Notes under the pieces: generated by a model
Databases searched by the model: none
Told to the model about the DNA's origin: nothing
What the model saw: the letters and a program-made list of their open reading frames with translations, nothing else
Made by a program: the position numbers and the translations under genes
Part shown: piece by piece, positions 58,979 through 64,000 of the stretch
How positions within the stretch are numbered: position 1 is the stretch's first letter
Layout: each line of letters starts with the position of its first letter
Assembly: GCA_044226015.1 (NCBI GenBank)
Contig: JBGAHS010000003.1
Coordinates: 352,001 to 416,000, forward strand
Length of the DNA: 64,000 bases
Reading direction: 5' to 3'
Source: Candidatus Obscuribacteraceae bacterium
Lineage (GTDB): Bacteria > Cyanobacteriota > Vampirovibrionia > Obscuribacterales > Obscuribacteraceae

Positions 58979-60037
58979 ATGACTTTGACAAAGGAGCTGG
59001 CCACCAAGATTGAAGCTCTCGTGGCTATGGAATCTGCACGCAATCACCTCTACTCAATCGCTGGCGGCAGCCTCGATTCGGGTGACGTGCATGCAGCGAG
59101 CTTGAGCACCTCACAACGCATCGATTTCTTCCGAAGCACCGAATTTCGAGCTTGGGTCGCAAAGGAAAACGCAGCAGGAAGGCAAGTTTTCTGGCTGAAA
59201 GATGTCGATAAGACTCAGGCAGCCGGAGACATATTCACGTTCTTTTTCGACTGGCGAGCTGACAACGGTGCCTTCACCGGAAAACAGCTCAGCGTCATCC
59301 GCAAGTTCTTGCTCAGTCATGGGGTGGACGTAGCACTTCAAGACGGTCCGCAAGAAGTCTTGCGCCTCTGGCAACAGAAGGAAGAAGGAGGCGAAGGCAT
59401 CGAAATCGTCGACTTCTGGACGCAAGTTTACTGGCCAAGCCAAATCGGGGTCAGTCGGCGCGAAAAGGAAGAACAAGTCAAAGCCTTTGCCAGCTATTAC
59501 CAGTCACGGGTTTACCCTCATGTGCCTGATGAAAACAGGCTCTTGGAAGAACTCGGCGTACATGTGGTCATCGTCTCCAACGGCGACCAGGAACTGGCAA
59601 TCAGCGCCGGCAGCGTGCTGGGCATCAAAGCAGAAAACGTCGTAGGCTCAAACCTGCTCTACGACGAAAACGGCATGTCTACTGGGGTTAATCACTCTTA
59701 CGAACTCTTCGAAAAGTTTTGGAGTGATAAGCCGCAACCAGGAAAGCAATTCAGCTTTCACTTCTGGCTGCACAAAAATCGCGCGCGCTGGGGCTGGAAT
59801 CGCATCAGCGAGCAGAAATTTGTCATCGCCGGTCGCGACGGCGACTCAGCATCAGCCGATGGTGGCATGATGATTCTCGGTCAAACCGTGGCAATGGGCA
59901 ACTTCATGGTCGACACCCCGAATGAACCCGCTCGACTGGCGAAGTTTCAGAAGGTTGCAGACAAATATGGCTGGACTCCCGGCCAGTTCTTCACCTTGAA
60001 ACAGTCGCCATCAAGCTGCGGCAACATGCCCTGTTGA
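58979..60037 (+). CDS. HAD-superfamily hydrolase (subfamily IB-like)
   Basis: DVDKT (motif I), VIVSNG (II), GK (III), GDS..D..M (IV). Confidence 0.75.
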   Translation: MTLTKELATKIEALVAMESARNHLYSIAGGSLDSGDVHAASLSTSQRIDFFRSTEFRAWVAKENAAGRQVFWLKDVDKTQAAGDIFTFFFDWRADNGAFTGKQLSVIRKFLLSHGVDVALQDGPQEVLRLWQQKEEGGEGIEIVDFWTQVYWPSQIGVSRREKEEQVKAFASYYQSRVYPHVPDENRLLEELGVHVVIVSNGDQELAISAGSVLGIKAENVVGSNLLYDENGMSTGVNHSYELFEKFWSDKPQPGKQFSFHFWLHKNRARWGWNRISEQKFVIAGRDGDSASADGGMMILGQTVAMGNFMVDTPNEPARLAKFQKVADKYGWTPGQFFTLKQSPSSCGNMPC

Positions 60038-60042
60038 TTGAA

Positions 60043-60082
60043 ACGAAAGTGGACAGAGCCCCTCCGGCTCTGTCCCTTTCGT
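60043..60082 (+). terminator. Long hairpin terminating array 2
   Basis: ACGAAAG-t-GGACAGAGCC-cctcc-GGCTCTGTCC-CTTTCGT. Confidence 0.7.
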
Positions 60083-60250
60083 CATTTAAATAGAGCTACT
60101 ATCCGCAATAGTTTATAGAGCTAAAAAAATTCATTCAGCAAACAACTTACCGCCTCAAAAGACCGCGTCAGCCTTAGTTCCCGGAACTGGTTAAGCACTC
60201 AGCTCGTAGCGCCGACTAAAGTGCTATCCTAAGAAACAAAGGAAGCAAAA

Positions 60251-61363
60251 ATGGCAGAGAGCACTCAGCTTGCAAAAATAAAAGAGAATCCAAAATTATG
60301 GGCAAGCACTATTTTCACGCTTTCCATGCTCGTAGGCGTCCAACTAGCATTTTTTGCGCTGACACTATCTGCATTTCTTTCCGGTGACATTGGTTTCGGA
60401 ATTGGTTATTTAGTCGGTGCTCTTTTCTATCTGTGGACCTCGGGATCTCTCTACATCGCGCTGCCCTTAAATCTTTATTTCCACTCAAAGTACAGGACAG
60501 ACTCTAACTACTCAAAAATTGACCTGGTTCATCGCAAAGCTCTGAAACTACTCAAAAGGCTTCCTTTCAGACGACATCTCTCAATAGCAGTTTCAATTTC
60601 GAATCTCGGCATTTTGCGCCTCTGCCAGGGGCATTACGAAAGTGCAGAGGAACTGTTTACCGAATCAACTTCCTATTTGCAAACGACAAAGGGCGTCTGG
60701 CGAAACATGGCAATGATTGTGTTCTACAACAACCTTGCTGTTGCAGAACTTCGTCAAGAAAAATTCATTGAGGCAGAACTCACAGCAACCAAAGCTCTTG
60801 AGGTTGCAGAACTTCCGGACATGCAGAAAAAATACAAGAAGCTCATGGGTCCACCTTTAAGCGTCATGGCTGCGGTTCGCTTGCACCTTGGAGAGCTTGA
60901 AAGCTCCCGTGAATACGGAGAGAAAGCACTTGCATGCTACAAAATATCGACCAATCCGCCTGGCTATAACAACTCAACTTTCAATCAGGCTCAGATATTT
61001 TGCTTACTTGGACTTGCGCTTGTAGAGGTAAAGCTCAACCGAGACGCCAAAAGCCTTGAGTACTGCAGTCAAGCTCTGGCACTGATTCAAGACAATTACA
61101 CAGGGCTGACAACTCTCTCGCTGGAATGGTTGAATTTGTTAGCCAACGAATATTTGAACAAGAAGTATTTTGAACAGGCAAACGCTTTGCTTGATGTGGC
61201 CTACCTTGTTGGGCGTGAAAACCCATTCCATCCTGATGCAAAAAAATTGCTCAGCTACTACGAAAAATTGCTTTTGCTTACTGATAAACAGAATGAGGTC
61301 TCAGACATGCGAGCATGGCTAAGGCACATAGAAAGCAAGAAAGCGTTGAGCACTACTAAGTAA
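60251..61363 (+). CDS. Membrane-anchored TPR protein
   Basis: Two N-terminal TM helices; SNLG...QG.Y..AEELF and NNLA TPR motifs. Confidence 0.8.
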   Translation: MAESTQLAKIKENPKLWASTIFTLSMLVGVQLAFFALTLSAFLSGDIGFGIGYLVGALFYLWTSGSLYIALPLNLYFHSKYRTDSNYSKIDLVHRKALKLLKRLPFRRHLSIAVSISNLGILRLCQGHYESAEELFTESTSYLQTTKGVWRNMAMIVFYNNLAVAELRQEKFIEAELTATKALEVAELPDMQKKYKKLMGPPLSVMAAVRLHLGELESSREYGEKALACYKISTNPPGYNNSTFNQAQIFCLLGLALVEVKLNRDAKSLEYCSQALALIQDNYTGLTTLSLEWLNLLANEYLNKKYFEQANALLDVAYLVGRENPFHPDAKKLLSYYEKLLLLTDKQNEVSDMRAWLRHIESKKALSTTK

Positions 61364-61805
61364 GAGCGGCGTTCGGGGCTGGTACCATTCCACGCACCAG
61401 AGCGCCCACGGCGCCACCACAAGCAACACCATACGCACCACCAGGCGCGCCACAGTTGCCACCAGATGCGCCACCACAAAGCCCGCATTTCTTTAGACCC
61501 GATGGGTGGGTCTTCCAATCAGCTACCAAAATCCGGCCGGATTTGAAACTGTTCTTCTAGCGGACCTGAGCTTCGCGAAGGGGGGCTGCCATCCCCGACA
61601 CAAACCGCACAAGGCGGTCCTTGTCGACCCTCGCTCTCAGACCCGCACTTTTGGCATGGTCCGCCGAAAAGATCCCTTCAGCATTGAGCTCCACTGAAGT
61701 AATCCTTGATACCAAGAATGCCATACCTATGTACGTATGTCAATACCCTAGGGCATATTTTTTCCACAAGAAAATGATCTCTTCAAAATCTCGAAAGAGA
61801 ATCCA

Positions 61806-61881
61806 AAGCAGACAGCTCCAAGCAGACAGCTCCAAGCAGACAGCTCCAAGCAGACAGCTCCAAGCAGACAGCTCCAAGCAG
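61806..61881. repeat. Perfect 14-bp tandem repeat AAGCAGACAGCTCC x5 plus partial
   Basis: Read directly; unit length is not a multiple of 3. Confidence 0.95.
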
Positions 61882-61925
61882 CTTCCCAAAGATACAGAGA
61901 ACAGTAAAAGAACAGCTCCACACAG

Positions 61926-62130
61926 CTCAAAAAGATCCAAAAAGCTCAGAGAAACTTCAGAAAAAGTTCCAAAAAGATCCAATTGGCTCAGAGAAACTTC
62001 AGAAAAGGCTCCAAAAAGACCAGAAAATCTCAGAAAAACGTCAGAAAAAGCTCCAAAAAGCTCCAAAAAGCTCGAAGAGAAAAGTGCGAAGAGAAAAGTG
62101 CGAAGAGAAAAAAGTGCGAAGAGAAAAAAA
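61926..62130. repeat. A-rich ~42-bp imperfect repeat x3 followed by GAAGAGAAAAGTGC x~3
   Basis: CTCAGAGAAACTTCAGAAAA(A/G)G.TCCAAAAAGA units. Confidence 0.8.
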
Positions 62131-62195
62131 TCCAGCCAGAGGGACGCTTCATGTGTTTTTCAACACACTGGGCAATCCGCTCTGGCTGGATTTGA

Positions 62196-62549
62196 CTACA
62201 TGATGTCTCTGACGGTGAAAGGCAACCGCACAGAATGCACTGAAGGTGAGCAGCCGTCGCGCGACTGGAACTTAATCCAGATATCGCCACAGCCAGCAGC
62301 ATTCGTCAGCGCAAGAGCCGCGATATAGGAGTTGGGAGGCTGTCCCGGAATGTTCATTCCGTAGTCAACCTTACCAGCAACTACAAAGCAGGCGGGCGGC
62401 ATCTCGATGCTGTTGAGCAAAGCGTTGCCCGTAGCAGCGAATGCCCGCACGAAGATGAGGTTCTGCCCCACTATCAGACTCAGGGAATCCGGCAACGTGT
62501 CGACATCAACAAACACGTTGCGCACGTCTGCTTTGATTGTTCTTGTCAT
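62196..62549 (-). CDS. Hypothetical protein
   Basis: AGGAG RBS before MTRTIK; part of array 3. Confidence 0.6.
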   Translation of the reverse strand: MTRTIKADVRNVFVDVDTLPDSLSLIVGQNLIFVRAFAATGNALLNSIEMPPACFVVAGKVDYGMNIPGQPPNSYIAALALTNAAGCGDIWIKFQSRDGCSPSVHSVRLPFTVRDIM

Positions 62550-62577
62550 ACGCACACTCCTACCGCCATGAGGCAGA

Positions 62578-62606
62578 GAAGAGGGATGCGCGAACGCATC
62601 CCCTTC
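62578..62606 (-). terminator. UUCG-capped hairpin in array 3
   Basis: Minus strand GAAGGGGAUGCG-UUCG-CGCAUCCCUCUUC. Confidence 0.65.
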
Positions 62607-62611
62607 GCAGA

Positions 62612-62929
62612 TCAGGCGGCGTAAGCCAAGGCAGCAGGCGTGGTGTCAGACGCGTCAGCTTCCTTCGCAGGGGCTTCGTCGTCGGGCACTTGCGCAGCGC
62701 AACAGGCGGCAGCGCGAGTCAGGCGGATCGGCTCGACACCGCACGCCTTCAGCGGATTGATGCCCTTCAGGACGGCGCAGCTCGTGCAGTAGCCGCCCAG
62801 AAGCATCGGGGTCTTGCGCCCGCACTCGCTGTTCTTGCAGTGCGAGGTGACGTGGCCGAAACCAGTGACAGCCGTGCCACAGTGCATGGCATCGCCGGTC
62901 GGCAATTGAACTCCGAAAAGATTGATCAT
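62612..62929 (-). CDS. Small Cys-rich (possible Zn-binding) protein
   Basis: GGAG RBS before MINLFG; HCKNSEC...YCTSC. Confidence 0.6.
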   Translation of the reverse strand: MINLFGVQLPTGDAMHCGTAVTGFGHVTSHCKNSECGRKTPMLLGGYCTSCAVLKGINPLKACGVEPIRLTRAAACCAAQVPDDEAPAKEADASDTTPAALAYAA

Positions 62930-62970
62930 CGGTTTTCTCCAGACGCATAGCGTCATAAGGGTTAATGGAA

Positions 62971-62993
62971 AGCTCGCCTGAGAAAGGCGAGCT
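62971..62993 (-). terminator. Perfect 9-bp hairpin in array 3
   Basis: AGCTCGCCT-gagaa-AGGCGAGCT. Confidence 0.55.
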
Positions 62994-62998
62994 CAGAA

Positions 62999-63529
62999 TC
63001 AGCCGAGGGAGATCTTGTTCTTCCCGTCATCGGGCTGAACGAGTTCCTCCACACCGGACGAACGCTCAGCGAGCAGGTCATCGACCTGAACGCCGGGCAA
63101 CAGCGATTCCGCGCTGCGCGGCAGACGAGAACGGCGACTTCCCGCCGGAACCGTCTTGACGAAGAGGATGTGGTCGATAGACTCGGAGAGTCCCGACTTG
63201 GCGCTTTCGGTGGTGCCGATGATGATGCCGCCAGAGCTGCGCACATCTTCGGGACCGTCCGCACCAATCTTCTTCGGTTTCATGATGGCGAGCTTGAGGG
63301 CTTCGTCGCCATTGCTCACCAGGTCGGCAAACTTGAGCAAGCGCTCATCCGCGGTCAGCTTGTTGCCGAGCGCAGTGCGAACGCCGAGGGTCTCGGTGAT
63401 CTCAACGACAGTGTAGAGCTTGCCGTCGAACTCGTAGTTACGACCCTCAACAGGAACTCCGCAGGGGAAGTCATCGGGTTCCAGGCTGTAAATCTCACCA
63501 CCGACCGCTACAAGAATCAGAGTTTTCAT
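62999..63529 (-). CDS. Hypothetical protein
   Basis: AAGGAG RBS, 176 aa, strong GC3 bias. Confidence 0.7.
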   Translation of the reverse strand: MKTLILVAVGGEIYSLEPDDFPCGVPVEGRNYEFDGKLYTVVEITETLGVRTALGNKLTADERLLKFADLVSNGDEALKLAIMKPKKIGADGPEDVRSSGGIIIGTTESAKSGLSESIDHILFVKTVPAGSRRSRLPRSAESLLPGVQVDDLLAERSSGVEELVQPDDGKNKISLG

Positions 63530-63956
63530 AGAGTCTCCTTGTGTTCCGTTAGCAGAGAGATAAGTGGCCCAGGCATCACCAAATCAGCAAGCAGAAACAA
63601 CTCCACCCATCACTCCGAAGAATGTTGGCTTGGAACTGCTGTAGTGCGCGAATGTTTGTTGTTACGTGTTGCTGTGCTGGAATGGGTGAAAACTAGGACG
63701 CCAACAACCTAGTACACAGGGACACCAAGAATCAGAATTCGTAATTAAAAATCCCCACAGAACCGGAATATTAGCAAAAGAGAAAGTTCGCCCAATGCGC
63801 TGTCAAGATAAGCAATTGCAGCCGCTAACGAAGCCTATATGAGCGCTAGCTAAATCACACAGCTTAAGACAGTTCGCCTAGCGCAGCTTTGCATAACGGT
63901 TTGAAGGTATTGCGTTGAGATATACTGTACTGCCTATCACAGCTCAGGGAGTAGCC

Positions 63957-64000
63957 ATGCAGACCACGACACAAGAGGAAGAAAAGGGAAAAGACGCAGA
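63957..64000 (+). CDS. Start of a CDS truncated by window end
   Basis: AGGGAG RBS then ATG CAG ACC ACG..., open to the end. Confidence 0.5.
   Translation, partial: MQTTTQEEEKGKDA

Noticed and set aside
61806..61881. CRISPR array
   Set aside because: Head-to-tail 14-bp units with no spacers; no cas genes
61621..62328. 235-aa Lys/Ser-rich ORF
   Set aside because: TTG start without RBS, built from non-triplet repeats, and overlaps the better-supported 62196-62549 gene
45819..63720. Classical integron with attC cassettes and IntI
   Set aside because: Hairpins lack RYYYAAC/GTTRRRY boxes and extrahelical bases; the recombinase lacks the IntI insertion and the catalytic Tyr

Overview
Bacterial chromosomal window. 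Gene content and style (Ser/Thr kinase-TPR, FHA/transglutaminase-like giant protein, LysM-histidine kinase, PEP-CTERM/exosortase) suggest a non-photosynthetic cyanobacterial relative such as Obscuribacterales; this is inference only. The first ~45 kb is backbone of roughly balanced GC. It holds an exosortase with its VIT/vWA PEP-CTERM substrate, a YjbR protein, a candidate ART-fold toxin/antitoxin pair, a VOC protein, a FucP permease and a Ser/Thr kinase + SAM-MTase operon. It continues with GT87, a repeat-LysM histidine kinase + NarL-type regulator, a degenerate primase-like protein, a cysteine desulfurase, Slt, a 3127-aa FHA protein, DUF3343, MepA, a membrane spermidine-synthase-like protein and an HPD-less J protein. 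The last ~18 kb contains three visibly GC-richer, co-oriented gene arrays (45.8-52.5 kb minus, 57.4-60.1 kb plus, 62.2-63.7 kb minus). Outside the four-gene vWA operon, almost every gene in them is followed by its own strong sense-strand RNA hairpin. Two arrays start from a matching TTGA..-N19-TAGGGT promoter-like motif. One array carries an mxaCKLA/bat-like vWA module and a five-hairpin leader. Four proteins appear to have lost catalytic residues (tyrosine recombinase, AEP primase-like, transglutaminase-like, J domain). No rRNA, tRNA, CRISPR array or transposase was recognised.
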